Shown: in pieces, positions 10,783-21,408 of the stretch
Layout of the letters: each line of letters starts with the position of its first letter
Position numbering within the stretch: position 1 is the stretch's first letter
Origin: Sedimentisphaerales bacterium
GTDB taxonomy: Bacteria; Planctomycetota; Phycisphaerae; Sedimentisphaerales; Anaerobacaceae
Length of the DNA stretch: 64,000 nt
Assembly: GCA_963708075.1 (NCBI GenBank)
Contig: OY970194.1
Coordinates: 1,152,001-1,216,000 of the forward strand
Direction: 5' to 3'
Program-made: the position numbers and the translations under genes
Notes under the pieces: generated by a model
What the model was told of the DNA's origin: nothing
The model's database searches: none
What the model saw: only the letters and a program-made list of their open reading frames with translations

Positions 10783-12150
10783 ATGCACGTTCGTATGCTC
10801 GCGTCTGTTCTTCTAACCGTAGCCTTCGTCTGCGGCTGTCGATCTGTGGATCGGTCAACGGTCTCATCATCGATGAACAGCGCACCGACGCCGCCACAAC
10901 CAGTCGTATCGAGCGACGCCGCAGCCATCGAGCCGACGGGCACGATCACGCTGGCCGATGCCCTCGGTTTGTCGCTGGTCCACAATCCGGGGCTGAAGAC
11001 TTTCCCATACTCGCTTCGCGCGGCGGAGGCCCGCATGCTGCAGGCGGGTTTGCGGCCGAATCCGGAGCTTCAGGTGGAACTGGAGGAATTCGGCGGCAGC
11101 GGGGAAAGAAGTGGGTTCGATGCGACGGAAACGACGGTCCAGATCGGCCAGCCTATTGAGCTTGGCGGCAAGCGAGCCAAGCGGACTCGCGTGGCCGCTG
11201 TCGGCAAGGAGTTGGTGCAGTGGGACTACGAATCAGCCCGCCTGGACCTGATGCGCGAGGTTTCGCAGGCGTTTAACGGGGTGCTGGCGGCCCAGGAACG
11301 GCTGGCCCTGGCCGAGAAGGTCCTTGAACTGTCCCAGCAGGCGCACTCGGCCGTCGCCCAGCGTGTCGAGGCGGGGAGGGATTCGCCCGTCGATGCGCTG
11401 CGGGCGGGTGTCGTGCTATCGGAGAGCCGGATCGAACGACAGAAGGCGGAAAAGGCGCTGGCCGCTGCTCGTCGCAGCCTGGCCGCAACGTGGGGCAGCA
11501 ACGCACCGGCGTTTGTCACGGCAACCGGAGACTGGTACGAGATGCGGGTGCTGCCGGCTGTCGATCTATCGCCTGATGCCATCGTGGCCAACCCGGACGT
11601 GGCTCGCTGGGAGGATGAGCAGCGCGGCCGCCGGGCGGCGCTGGACCTGGAGAAGGCCAAAGCCATGCCCGATGTCACGGCCGCCGGCGGTGTGCGGCGG
11701 TTCGAGGAGACGGATGATGCGGCGTTCGTGGCTGGTCTGGCTGTGCCGCTGCCGCTGTTCGACCGCAATCAGGGCAGGATCGAAGAGGCGATTGCCGATC
11801 TGGCCGCGAGCCGTCAGCAGTATGAGGCTGTCCGCGTCAAGACTCTGGCGGCACTATCCGAGGCGGCCAGCGCCCTCGCCGCCGCGCAGGAGGAAGTGAC
11901 CGCGCTGAAGAGCGAGGTGCTCCCGGCCGCGCAGCAGGCCTTCGAGGCCGTCCAGCAGGGCTACCGCCAGGGCAAGTTCGATTACCTATATGTTCTGGAC
12001 ACCCAGCGCACATTATTTGAAACGCAGGCCCGTTATGTCCAGTCGGTCGAGGCGTACCACAAGGCGCTGGCCGACGTGGAGCGATTGACAGGGCGACCGG
12101 TTACTACGGATCTTAGACAATCTTCACAGGAGGCTTCCAATGAGAAGTAG
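10783..12150 (+). CDS. czcC: TolC-family outer-membrane efflux lipoprotein (CzcC-like)
   Basis: GGAG RBS; lipobox-like FVCGC; QAGLRPNPEL, QPIELGGKR, PLPLFDRNQG and GYRQGKFDYLYVLDTQR motifs. Confidence 0.88.
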   Translation: MHVRMLASVLLTVAFVCGCRSVDRSTVSSSMNSAPTPPQPVVSSDAAAIEPTGTITLADALGLSLVHNPGLKTFPYSLRAAEARMLQAGLRPNPELQVELEEFGGSGERSGFDATETTVQIGQPIELGGKRAKRTRVAAVGKELVQWDYESARLDLMREVSQAFNGVLAAQERLALAEKVLELSQQAHSAVAQRVEAGRDSPVDALRAGVVLSESRIERQKAEKALAAARRSLAATWGSNAPAFVTATGDWYEMRVLPAVDLSPDAIVANPDVARWEDEQRGRRAALDLEKAKAMPDVTAAGGVRRFEETDDAAFVAGLAVPLPLFDRNQGRIEEAIADLAASRQQYEAVRVKTLAALSEAASALAAAQEEVTALKSEVLPAAQQAFEAVQQGYRQGKFDYLYVLDTQRTLFETQARYVQSVEAYHKALADVERLTGRPVTTDLRQSSQEASNEK

Positions 12151-13407
12151 ATTCATACACGCCTGGGCATTCCTGCTCGTTCTTGCCATGCTTGGCCTGG
12201 GACTTGCCGGCTGCAAGAAAGAGCAAGCCCACGCCGAAGGCGACGGCCATGGTCACGGAGAGGCAGCAGCTCATACGGAGGTCGTGGACGGCGTCACGAT
12301 GTGCACCGAACATGGCGTACCGGAAGCTCAGTGCGGCATCTGCAAGCCCCAGCTCATCGGTCAACTGAAGGCCGGCGAGAGCCTGAAGGTGCGTCTGCCA
12401 TCCGCCGAATCCACGAAGATCGTGGGCGTCCAGATGGGCTCCCCCAAGATCGGCCTGACCACCGATGGTGTCGAGTGCTTCGCCGAGGTGAGCTTCAATC
12501 AGAATGCCCTGGCGCAGATCGTCGCGCCCGTCGGCGGCATCCTCCAGAGCGTGGACGTGGACTTGGGCGGCAAGGTCGAGGAGAGACAGATCGTGGCGAG
12601 GCTCTGGTCCGCTTCAGTGGCGGAGGCCATCTCCAAGGCCGTGCTCACGCACCAGACCTTGGAGCGGGAGCGCAAGCTCAGCGCCGACCGCGTAACCTCC
12701 CAGGCAACTTTGCAGGAGGCCGAGGCGGCGCACAATGCGGCCTGCCTGCCCTTGCGGACGCTGGGGTTCACCGAGGAGCGGATCGACGAATTCAGCCACA
12801 AGCCACAGGAGCAGGTCTTACTGGAGGTGCGTGCACCGTTTGCCGGGGAAATCGTCGAGCGCTCGGCCGTGCGCGGGGCCCTCGTCGAGATGGGCAAACC
12901 GCTGTTCACGCTGGTGGATCGCTCTGTCATGTGGGCAATGCTGCAAGTGCCCGAAACGGCACTGGCACGCGTGCAAGTGGGGCAGCCGGTGGAACTGGGC
13001 GTGGACTCATTGCCCGGCAAAGTGTTCACGGGCAAGCTGACGTGGATTGGGCCGGCGGTAAATGAACGCACGCGGATGACGCTCGCGCGGGCCGAGTTCG
13101 CCGACCCCAACGGCCTGCTCAAGGATAAGATGTTCGCCACCGCGCGGATTCTGACACGCCGCACGGAGAACGCCATGTTGCTGCCGCCGGAGGCGGTTCA
13201 ATACGTCGAAGGCAGGCCGCTCGTGTTCGTGCAACTGGCCGACGATCTGTTTGACGCGAGAGCCGTCCGACTGGGTGTGAAGTTCAACGGACACCAGGAA
13301 GTGCTGGCTGGGCTAATGCCGCAGGAGACCGTAGCTGTGACGCACACCTTCGCCCTCAAGTCGGCCCTATTGATGTCGCGCTTGGCGCAGGATGCGCGGA
13401 CGACTGA
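12140..13407 (+). CDS. czcB: RND periplasmic adaptor (CzcB-like) with His/Cys metal-binding N-terminus; probable 1-bp indel near 13381
   Basis: HAEGDGHGH and CTEHGVPEAQCGICKP; VRAPFAGEIV; a one-base shift gives the C-terminus SRLGAGCADD* (TGA 13405-13407), while the ORF as read runs to 13489. Confidence 0.85.
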
Positions 13408-13490
13408 GTCCCCGTTTGTAGTGACGCCGTCAGGCGTTTCTCGGTTCGTCCTGCGCGGGCACACGACAATGGCCTCAATGGAGATTTGAC

Positions 13491-16400
13491 ATGTTGAATT
13501 GGATCATCGATTTCTCGCTGAGAAACCGACTGCTCGTATGCATCCTGGCGGCGGCGCTGGTCGTCATTGGCGGGCGGACGCTGAGCATCCTGCCGATCGA
13601 CGCGTTTCCCGATACGACGCCGGTGCAGGTGCAGGTCAACACGACAGCGTCATCGCTGAACCCGCAGGAGACGGAAGCGCAGATCACGCTGCCCGTGGAA
13701 TTGGCTATCAGCGGCCTGCCCGGCCTGCAGAATGTCCGCTCGGTCTCGAAGTTCGGCCTCTCGCAAGTCGTGGCGACTTTTGACGACAAGACCGGCATCT
13801 TCAAGGCCCGCCAACTCCTCATGGAGCGGCTCCAAACGGTCGAATTGCCGGAAGACATCGAACGTCCGCAATTAGGTCCTATCGCCACCGGCTTGGGCGA
13901 AGTCTTCCACTACGTGGTCCGCTCGAAGGACCCCAACCGGACACTGACCGAGCTGCGGGAAATCCACGATTGGGTCGTCAAGCCGGAGTTGCGAAAGGTG
14001 CCGGGAGTGGCCGAGATCAACTCGTGGGGCGGCTTCGAGAAGCAATATCACGTGGTGGTCGATACCGAGCAACTCATCAAGTACCGCCTGACGCTGGAGG
14101 AACTGGTCGAAGCCCTCCAAGCCAATAACCAGAACGTCGGCGGCGGACAAGTGGTTCGCAGCGGCGAGTCGCTGCTCGTCCACGGCATCGGCCTGACCAC
14201 GAACGTCGAGGAGATCGGCAACATCGTGGTCGCCGCCCACGACGGCACGCCTGTGCGAGTGCGCGACGTGGCCACGGTCCAGATCGACCACGAGATTCGG
14301 CGCGGCGCGGTCACCGCCGACGGAAGAGGCGAGGCGGTCCTGGGCCTGGGCTTCATGCTCATGGGTGAGAACAGCGCCGTCGTGACCCACGCCCTCAAGA
14401 AGAAACTGGCCGAGGTGCAGAAGTTCCTCCCGGCGGATGTCGAGCTGGAAGTGCTCTACGATCGGACGGAACTCGTCGAGAATGTCATTCGCACCGTCGA
14501 GCACAACCTGCTGGCCGGTGCCCTGCTGGTCATTACGGTCCTCTTCGCCTTCCTGGGCAACCTGCGGGCCGGGTTGATCGTGGCGGCGGCCATCCCGCTG
14601 TCCATGCTCTTTGCGGGCAACTTCATGTTGCAGGCCGGTATCGCCGCGAGCCTGCTGAGCCTCGGCGCGATCGACTTCGGCCTGATTGTGGACAGCGCCG
14701 TCATCATGGTGGAGAACTGCGTCCGATACGTGGCACACCGCAAAGACAAGCCGTGGCTCGACACCATTCGGGATGCGGCCATCGAAGTCCGCAAGCCGAC
14801 GATGTTCGGCGAATTGATCATTATGATCGTGTTCCTGCCCGTGCTGACGCTCGAAGGGATCGAAGGCAAGCTGTTTCGACCGATGGCGTTGACGATGATC
14901 TTCGCTCTGGTGGGCTCTTTGATACTGTCGCTGACACTCATGCCGGTGCTGGCCAGCCTGTTGCTGCCTCGCACGATGAAAGAGCACGAACCATTGCTGG
15001 TCCGGATAGCCAAGCGAGTCTATACGCCGGCCCTGGACCTCGCCTTGCGGCTGCGAGTTGTCGTGCTCGTGGCGGCGCTGGCCATTGTGGCAGGCGGCGC
15101 GTTCCTGGCCATGCAGATGGGCGGGGAGTTTCTCCCGCGGCTCGGCGAAGGTGCCATCGTCGGGACCACTGTCCGGCTGGCGGGCATTTCCGTGGAGGAA
15201 TCGGTCGCGCAGAACGATCTGATCGAGCAGCGGCTCATGGCCGAATTCCCGGATGAAATCGAGCACATCTGGACGCGGCTTGGCACGGCGGAAGTCGCCA
15301 CGGACCCGATGGGCGTGGAGTTGGCCGATTTCTTCCTGGCCCTCAAGCCGCGAGAACAGTGGACGAAGGCTCGGACGCAGACCGAACTGACGGAGAAGAT
15401 GTACGAGTTCCTGAGCCAGGTGCCGGGGATGCGACCGGCCTTCAGCCAGCCCATCGAGATGCGCATGAACGAGCTCATCGCAGGCATTCGGGGCGATATC
15501 GGCATCAAGGTTTATGGTGACGATCTTGAAGAGCTGCGCCGGCTCGGCGGCGAGGTGCAGGCAGTCCTCGCCGAGATTCCGGGGGCCAGCGAGGCCTCGG
15601 TCGAACAATTGACCGGACAGACCTTCCTCCAAGTGCGCGTGGACCCGCAGGCCATCGCCCGCTTTGGCGTCCCGACGCGCAACGTGCTGAACGTGGTGGA
15701 AGCCGCGGGCACGAAGAAGGTGGGCGACGTGCGCGAGGGCCAGCGGCGATTCCCGCTCGTGGTGCGGTTGCCTGACCGGCAGCGCACCGACCCCGACGTG
15801 CTGGCGAACACACTGATCCCCACCGAGGCCGGGCCGGTGCTCCCGCTCAACCGCGTGGCGCGGATCGTAGAGACCGAAGGACCAGCCACCATCAACCGCG
15901 AGTGGAGCAAGCGGCGGATCACCGTTCAGTGCAATGTGCGTGAACGCGACGTGGCGGGCTTTGTGGCCGAGGCGAGGCAGAGGATCGCCGAGCACGTGAA
16001 ACTGCCGGAAGGTTACACCATCGAATGGGGCGGGCAGTTCGAGAACATGGAGCGGGCCAATCGCAAGCTGATGTTCGTAGTGCCGATGTCGCTGGCACTG
16101 ATCTTCGTGCTGCTGTTCTTCAGTCTCGGATCGTTCCGCGACGTGTTGATCGTGGCGTCCGGCATTCCGCTGGGTTTGGTGGGCGGCGTGCTGGCCCTGT
16201 GGCTACGGGACATGCCGTTCACGGTTAGTTCGGCCATCGGCTTCGTCGCCCTCAGCGGCGTGGCGATCCTCAACGGTCTTGTGCTGGTGACGTTCATCCA
16301 GCAGAAGATCGAAGCCGGACGGCCTATGGAGCAAGCCGTGCGGGAGGGTTGCTTAGTGCGGCTGCGTCCCGTCTTGATGACCGCCCTGGTGGCCGCCGTA

Positions 16401-16583
16401 GGGTTCCTCCCGATGGCTGTAAACGTGGGCGTTGGCGGCGAAGTCCAGCGGCCCTTGGCCACAGTCGTCATCGGGGGCATCTTCACCAATACCCTCCTGA
16501 CGCTGCTCGTGCTCCCGGCGCTGTACGTCCTGGCCCACAAACGCACACGAGGAGCCGGGACACCAGAGGGTGTGGGAAGCTGA
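13491..16583 (+). CDS. czcA: CusA/CzcA heavy-metal RND efflux permease
   Basis: 1030 aa; LPIDAFPD, SLGAIDFGLIVDSAVIMVEN, RLRPVLMTALVA and EVQRPLATVVIGG motifs. Confidence 0.96.
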   Translation: MLNWIIDFSLRNRLLVCILAAALVVIGGRTLSILPIDAFPDTTPVQVQVNTTASSLNPQETEAQITLPVELAISGLPGLQNVRSVSKFGLSQVVATFDDKTGIFKARQLLMERLQTVELPEDIERPQLGPIATGLGEVFHYVVRSKDPNRTLTELREIHDWVVKPELRKVPGVAEINSWGGFEKQYHVVVDTEQLIKYRLTLEELVEALQANNQNVGGGQVVRSGESLLVHGIGLTTNVEEIGNIVVAAHDGTPVRVRDVATVQIDHEIRRGAVTADGRGEAVLGLGFMLMGENSAVVTHALKKKLAEVQKFLPADVELEVLYDRTELVENVIRTVEHNLLAGALLVITVLFAFLGNLRAGLIVAAAIPLSMLFAGNFMLQAGIAASLLSLGAIDFGLIVDSAVIMVENCVRYVAHRKDKPWLDTIRDAAIEVRKPTMFGELIIMIVFLPVLTLEGIEGKLFRPMALTMIFALVGSLILSLTLMPVLASLLLPRTMKEHEPLLVRIAKRVYTPALDLALRLRVVVLVAALAIVAGGAFLAMQMGGEFLPRLGEGAIVGTTVRLAGISVEESVAQNDLIEQRLMAEFPDEIEHIWTRLGTAEVATDPMGVELADFFLALKPREQWTKARTQTELTEKMYEFLSQVPGMRPAFSQPIEMRMNELIAGIRGDIGIKVYGDDLEELRRLGGEVQAVLAEIPGASEASVEQLTGQTFLQVRVDPQAIARFGVPTRNVLNVVEAAGTKKVGDVREGQRRFPLVVRLPDRQRTDPDVLANTLIPTEAGPVLPLNRVARIVETEGPATINREWSKRRITVQCNVRERDVAGFVAEARQRIAEHVKLPEGYTIEWGGQFENMERANRKLMFVVPMSLALIFVLLFFSLGSFRDVLIVASGIPLGLVGGVLALWLRDMPFTVSSAIGFVALSGVAILNGLVLVTFIQQKIEAGRPMEQAVREGCLVRLRPVLMTALVAAVGFLPMAVNVGVGGEVQRPLATVVIGGIFTNTLLTLLVLPALYVLAHKRTRGAGTPEGVGS

Positions 16584-16600
16584 GGCAGCCGTGAATTGAC

Positions 16601-16690
16601 GAGTGGCAGCGGCAAGGCCGATGGGCTTGTCGATGGCTTGGTGGTATGCGCGAATGACCATCGGCAAGCTCGCGCTTACCGCTGCCACCC
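16601..16690. repeat. GGGTGGCAGC-family palindromic repeat
   Basis: ~90-bp imperfect palindrome GxGTGGCAGCGGCAAG...CTTACCGCTGCCACCC; relatives at 19688, 21540, 22373, 27215, 28566, 33244 and 58740. Confidence 0.8.
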
Positions 16691-16856
16691 GGAGAAGTCT
16701 CCAGCCGCTCACCCGTTCTCTACAGAAGGCCGTGAGACTCGGTCTCTTCGGCACAAGATTCGGCTTTTTCCCACCGGTCGGTTTCTGCACATGCCGGATG
16801 CCTTGTCGTAAGGAATGACAGGGGAGCGTGGTGTGAGGCAGAAATTGAGGTGAATC

Positions 16857-17363
16857 ATGACTGCGAAGAGAGTATCGACGCGGTTGGCTTTTGCGTTGGT
16901 GCTTGTGGCGGCAATGGGGGCTTGGGCCATGGGCGAGACCCGGCAGGTCAACACCACGCCGGTGTGGTACCGGATCTGGACCCCCAATCTCTATGGCCTG
17001 AACACGTATCATTACCTGGGTCCGATAGCGCCGTACGCCCCCGGCTTTTTCCCGCTGGACGGCTGGTACGGCGGGTACTATCCGCCGCTGTTTGAGCCTC
17101 CGCGGTATAGTCCGCTATTGCCGGGCTCGGTTCCTGCGCCCTGGCAGTATCGGGCACCGGATTGGTATTACCGCCAGCCGTACGCACCCTATGTGTATCC
17201 GCCGCCGTTTTACGGGGGCTACTACGCACCCAATGCGCACCAGTGGTGGTATTACCGCTACTACAACCAGCCCTGGAGTGGACCAGGCTGGCGCAGCTAT
17301 CGCGGCATGCGGGATCCCCGGCCCAATCCCCAAGCCCCAACCGCAGTTCCGCGCAGCCGGTGA
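16857..17363 (+). CDS. secreted Tyr/Pro/Trp-rich low-complexity protein
   Basis: GAGGTG RBS; signal peptide ending AWA; repeated YGGYY(A/P)P and YYxQP. Confidence 0.75.
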   Translation: MTAKRVSTRLAFALVLVAAMGAWAMGETRQVNTTPVWYRIWTPNLYGLNTYHYLGPIAPYAPGFFPLDGWYGGYYPPLFEPPRYSPLLPGSVPAPWQYRAPDWYYRQPYAPYVYPPPFYGGYYAPNAHQWWYYRYYNQPWSGPGWRSYRGMRDPRPNPQAPTAVPRSR

Positions 17364-17410
17364 AGACACGCAGGGCAGGCTTCTGCGCCGCTCTCATCGA
17401 GCCCCAATAG

Positions 17411-17442
17411 AAAGGGCTGCGGACACAATTGCCCGCAGCCCC
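17411..17442 (-). terminator. terminator hairpin between convergent genes
   Basis: GGGCTGCGG (17414-22) pairs with CCGCAGCCC (17433-41); short T tract on the minus strand. Confidence 0.55.
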
Positions 17443-17469
17443 TGAACATACTGCATTGCAGACTCACGC

Positions 17470-18136
17470 TTACAGCGCGTTGCGTCTGCGAAGATAACCC
17501 ACGAGAACCCATGCCAAGAGCGCCGAGCAGGATCGCCCCGGGAGCGGGGACTTGATAGATCATGTTCGGACCATCGAAGAAATCGGGAGCCGTCGGACCA
17601 TACGTCTGTGTCGGCCACGTAGGTGCCGGGTCCGAGCTCGTCGCAGTCCACACGGACTGTACGAACTGTACCCCATCACCATTGAACGTAGGTCCAGGTC
17701 CGCCAAGGTTACTATTGTGCTCGGGATTGGCGTCCGAGAAGCCGTACCCGACGATGGTGTACTGCCCGACCGGCAACGCCAGAGGACTGATCGGCTTGAA
17801 CCAGTAGTTGCTCGCCGCATCGAACCACATGCCCGCATCGCCCGCTGCAAACGTCATCGAAGCGATCACGTTTTGCTGCGCGTCGAACAGGACGGTCGTG
17901 AGCGGTGCCGCACCGGCTGCCAGGCCATCAGCTCCACTGTCGTATATGCCGAGTTCCAGGACCTGGAAACCGGAGGTAAGGACGTCGAAGGTCCAACCCA
18001 CACCGCTCCAGCCCTGGTTCCCGGTGGTCGTATTCGCCACATGCATGGTCGTAGGAACTGCGCTTGCCGACATTGGAAGAGCGGCCAGCAAGGCTGCGGC
18101 CACGACCGCCAACATCAGCTTGGTGCATCTTTTCAT
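17470..18136 (-). CDS. PEP-CTERM-like (VPAPG) surface protein; probable 1-bp insertion near 17506
   Basis: Signal peptide ending ASA; VPAPGAILLGALGMG; removing one base gives LVGYLRRRNAL* (stop 17470-17472). Confidence 0.85.
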
Positions 18137-18440
18137 ATCATCCTCCTACAACTCAAACGTCACTCCAAGAAAACGCTTCCGTGCCCCGTTCATGTATGCA
18201 TCTGCTGCCCAAGGGACACGCACTTTTCCCCATCAGGCTCATCGCGCGTCAAACCACACTTCTCCAGGCAGAAGCGTCCGACCTGCTCGGCCCGCAACTG
18301 GCGGCCTTTCTCATGCTGCCGACCGGCCGTTCCCAGACCCGGCCTATCCAGCCGCTAACAGGTATGGACACACGGAGGCTCTGCAAAATGCGCAATGGCT
18401 GATGGGGACGCTGATATACGCGCCAAGTTCTCGCAGGTCA
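18137..18440 (-). promoter_or_regulatory. conserved ~300-nt 5' leader, copy 1
   Basis: Colinear similarity with 19281-19584; lies between a sigma70 promoter and an AGGAGG RBS. Confidence 0.7.
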
Positions 18441-18446
18441 GCCCGT

Positions 18447-18475
18447 AGTATAGCCTCCCGGCCTCGACGTGTCAA
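18447..18475 (-). promoter_or_regulatory. sigma70-type promoter
   Basis: TTGACA-17 nt-TATACT on the minus strand. Confidence 0.75.
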
Positions 18476-18556
18476 CAGGAAAAACCAGTTTTTTTTGCAC
18501 TTGGGCCGGCCGCGTGACTGAATCATGTGCAGGCCCGGGAAGGGGAAATTTGGAGG

Positions 18557-18592
18557 AAAAAAAAGGCCGGCAGTCCCTGGGGACGACCGGCC
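18557..18592 (-). terminator. intrinsic terminator after the second PEP-CTERM-like gene
   Basis: GGCCGG...CCGGCC stem followed by T8 on the minus strand. Confidence 0.7.
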
Positions 18593-18638
18593 GTGAAGAT
18601 TCAAGCCTGCCAGGTACAGATGCAGTCACCTGGGCTTC

Positions 18639-19280
18639 TTACAGCGATCTTCGCCTGCGGAGCCAGCCGATCAGGCAAGTGCCTATGGCACCGAGAAGGA
18701 CAGCGCCCGGGGCCGGGATGGGAGTTCCCATTGCCAGGTTGTCGATTCCCGTGTTGATGCGCTCGCCACCCACGCTGGTCCAGTGGATTTTGGTGATCGG
18801 CTCATCGAGCACGATACCGAAGAACCACTGGCCTGCCGCACGCCCATCATAGAGCGTGACAGCAGGGGTAGGATCGCTGCCGTAGAACTCCACGACGACA
18901 TTTCCCAGGCCGTTGAGGTACGCATCATAACCGACCGCCGTATAGGAAAACGCACTCAGATCGATTGTGAAATCCTCAGGTCCGGTACCCGTCAGGATGC
19001 TGCTGGTCGTCAGCGGAACGCCGAAGTTGGTGTAGCCCGGAGAGGCCACCCAGACGTTGTTCGTTGGTGGTGTCCCTGCGTACGTGACGCCGTTACTCGT
19101 GAACGACGCCAACGCCGTGTCCTTCGGGACCACAGCCTCGAAGTCTTCGACTTGCAGGATGTTCACTGCGGCGTCGAAAGAGGCGTAGTCCATGTAAAAA
19201 GCAGGGACTGCCAAGCTTACGCTGCTCAGCGGCAAAAGGACCGCCGCCAGTGCCAGGCAAGCTGTTGTCAAACGTCCCAT
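18639..19280 (-). CDS. PEP-CTERM-like (IPAPG) surface protein
   Basis: AGGAGG RBS; signal peptide; C-terminal IPAPGAVLLGAIGTCLIGWLRRRRSL. Confidence 0.9.
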   Translation of the reverse strand: MGRLTTACLALAAVLLPLSSVSLAVPAFYMDYASFDAAVNILQVEDFEAVVPKDTALASFTSNGVTYAGTPPTNNVWVASPGYTNFGVPLTTSSILTGTGPEDFTIDLSAFSYTAVGYDAYLNGLGNVVVEFYGSDPTPAVTLYDGRAAGQWFFGIVLDEPITKIHWTSVGGERINTGIDNLAMGTPIPAPGAVLLGAIGTCLIGWLRRRRSL

Positions 19281-19584
19281 GTAATCCTCCTAAAGCTCAA
19301 TGTTCAATGTCACTCCAAGACACAGTCTCGGTATCTCCTCTATGTATCTGGCAAAGAGACACCCTGACCCCACATCCAGCCTGTCGCGCAGTAAACCAGT
19401 GCTTTCCCAGGCAGAACCGTCCGACCTGTTCGGGCCGCAAGCTGCGGCCTTTCCCCTGCTGCCGGCCGGCCGTTCCCAGACATGGCCCGTCCAGCCGCTA
19501 ACAGGTGTGGACGCATAGAGGCTCTGCACGATGCGCAATGGTTGATGTGGACGCGTGATATATGCGCCAAGTCTTCGCAGGTCA
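19281..19584 (-). promoter_or_regulatory. conserved ~300-nt 5' leader, copy 2
   Basis: Colinear similarity with 18137-18440. Confidence 0.7.
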
Positions 19585-19590
19585 GTCTAT

Positions 19591-19619
19591 AATATACCCC
19601 GGGGGCCCGGAAATGTCAA
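19591..19619 (-). promoter_or_regulatory. sigma70-type promoter
   Basis: TTGACA-17 nt-TATATT on the minus strand, at the same position relative to the leader as copy 1. Confidence 0.75.
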
Positions 19620-19687
19620 GTAAAAAGCGGACCATCTTCCCGCGAGGGCGTACGACAAGATTGTGGCAGAGCGAGGATTAGGCTCTT

Positions 19688-19777
19688 GGGTGGCAGCGTC
19701 AAGCGGCAGCTTGGCGATGGCGTTCTTGGGATGCGCCTCCACCATCGCCAAGGCCTGCGGCCTTGACGATGCCACCC
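19688..19777. repeat. GGGTGGCAGC-family palindromic repeat
   Basis: GGGTGGCAGCGTCAAG...CTTGACGATGCCACCC. Confidence 0.8.
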
Positions 19778-19831
19778 GGGTCGAGTGCCACTTTCTTGTC
19801 GTACACCCTCCCGCGAATCGTCACCTGGCCG

Positions 19832-21249
19832 TCAGTACTCCCGGTTTTTGAGAATCCCCGGCTGGGGCAGGGGGTACTTGCCGTCAGGGCCGGCGGGCAG
19901 GGGGGCGGGGGAGTCCATCGCCAGCTTGTCCACGTCGGGGGCGAACTCCTCCTCGCTGTTGAGCATCTCGTCGAATGTCACGATCTGCCCGGTATGGACG
20001 GCCCGGCGGGCCATGGCCGTGACCAGGGCGGCCTCTGTTCCTCGTTTCGTCTCGTTGAAAGGCTTGTCATTGCGAATGGCGTCGATCAGCTCATCCCACT
20101 CAAGTTGGTAGGGATTCGGCTCCGGCTGCGGGAACGACCAGGCGAGGTCCTCTTTCGCGAAGTTTTGTCCTTTATATATGCGGCATTTGCCGGGCGTGTG
20201 CATGAAGGTGGAGATCACGGCCGAGCCCCTCGTGCCGTGGGCGTAGCTGGCGAACTCCTCGTGACAGCCGGGCATGTGGCGGTTGTTGAGGAACAGCTTG
20301 GCCCCATCGGCGAACGTGTACTCGACGTCGTAGTGGTCGAAATTCTGGTCCACGGCATCGCCGCGATAGCAGCGTCCGCCCGCGCCCTGGGCCCGGACCG
20401 GCCAGGCGTCCTTCATCCAGCAGCACTCATCGACGTTGTGCGCAACCACGTCCTGGAACAGCCCGCCGCTGGCCCACAGAAAGCCCAGATAGTTGCGGAC
20501 CTGCCAGAGCAACTCGCTGATATTGCCCTGCCTGGGCCCCGCGAATCCCGCCGGGCCCTGCTGGCGGTAGGTTCGCATCATGGTGATGTCGCCGATCTGG
20601 CCGGACTTGATCCGGTCGTAAAGCTCCCAGCGGGCCTTGCAGTGCCGGCACATCAGTCCCACGCCCACCTTGAGGTTCTTCTTCACCGACTCCTCGCCCA
20701 GTTGCAGCATCTTGCGCGTGATCGGCCCGTCCACGACCACGGGCTTTTCCATGAACACATGGATGCCCTTGGCGATCGCATAGCGGAAATGCACCCAGCG
20801 GAACGCCACCGGCGTGGCGAAGATCGCGACATCGCCCGGCCGCAGGCAGTCCATCGCCTTTTGATAGGCGTCGAATCCGAGGAACCGCCGCTCCGGCGGC
20901 ACGTCGAGCTGGCTCGCCTGATACCCGCATCGACCCAAGTATCCGCCGACCCGCTCGTCCGCGGCGCGCTGGCCGCCTCGATCAGCCCGTCGTAGCTGCG
21001 TTTGATCCGGTCCTCGAACACATCCGCCATCGCGAAGAGCTTGACGGGAGCGACCCTGGTGGCCATCGCATTGGCCGCCGCCCCCGACCCTCGCCCCCCG
21101 CAGCCGACGAGCGCGACCCGGATCGTCTCATCCCCAGCCGCATACACCCGCGGCCCGACCGCCGCCAGAAACGCCGACCCCGCCGCCACCCGACCCGTGC
21201 CCTTCAAGAACTCCCGTCGTGACGTGCCCCGTGCATCGCTACCGCTCAT
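19832..21249 (-). CDS. Tat-exported Gfo/Idh/MocA oxidoreductase, frameshifted near 20930
   Basis: SRREFLK Tat motif and ALVGCGGRGSGAA in ORF 20683-21279; ATPVAFR, HVFMEKP and HNVDECCW in ORF 19832-20938. Confidence 0.9.
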
Positions 21250-21262
21250 AACAACCCCTCGT

Positions 21263-21302
21263 GATTTACGATTTACCATTTACGATTTACGATTTACCAT
21301 TT
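21263..21302. repeat. heptamer tandem repeat (G/C)ATTTAC x5-6
   Basis: gatttac gatttac catttac gatttac gatttac cattt. Confidence 0.85.
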
Positions 21303-21408
21303 GAGACCCACGCGTCACCCGTGACGCACAGCCAGATTGTATATCCCAAGTCGGCAATCTGAAATGGCAAATCCATTCACCCAATCCACCACGCCGAGCC
21401 ACACGCGG

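Noticed and set aside
13872..15995. Long antisense ORFs (also 5841-7424, 7455-9020, 30947-32557, 54522-57080, 58336-60075, 62201-63916)
   Set aside because: They are shadows of well-supported genes on the opposite strand, expected in high-GC DNA, and carry no motifs.
18137..18440. c-di-GMP-I riboswitch in the leaders
   Set aside because: GCAGAGCCTC...TAGCGG faintly recalls the second stem, but the GGCAAAC/GAAA first stem is absent; kept as an unknown leader.
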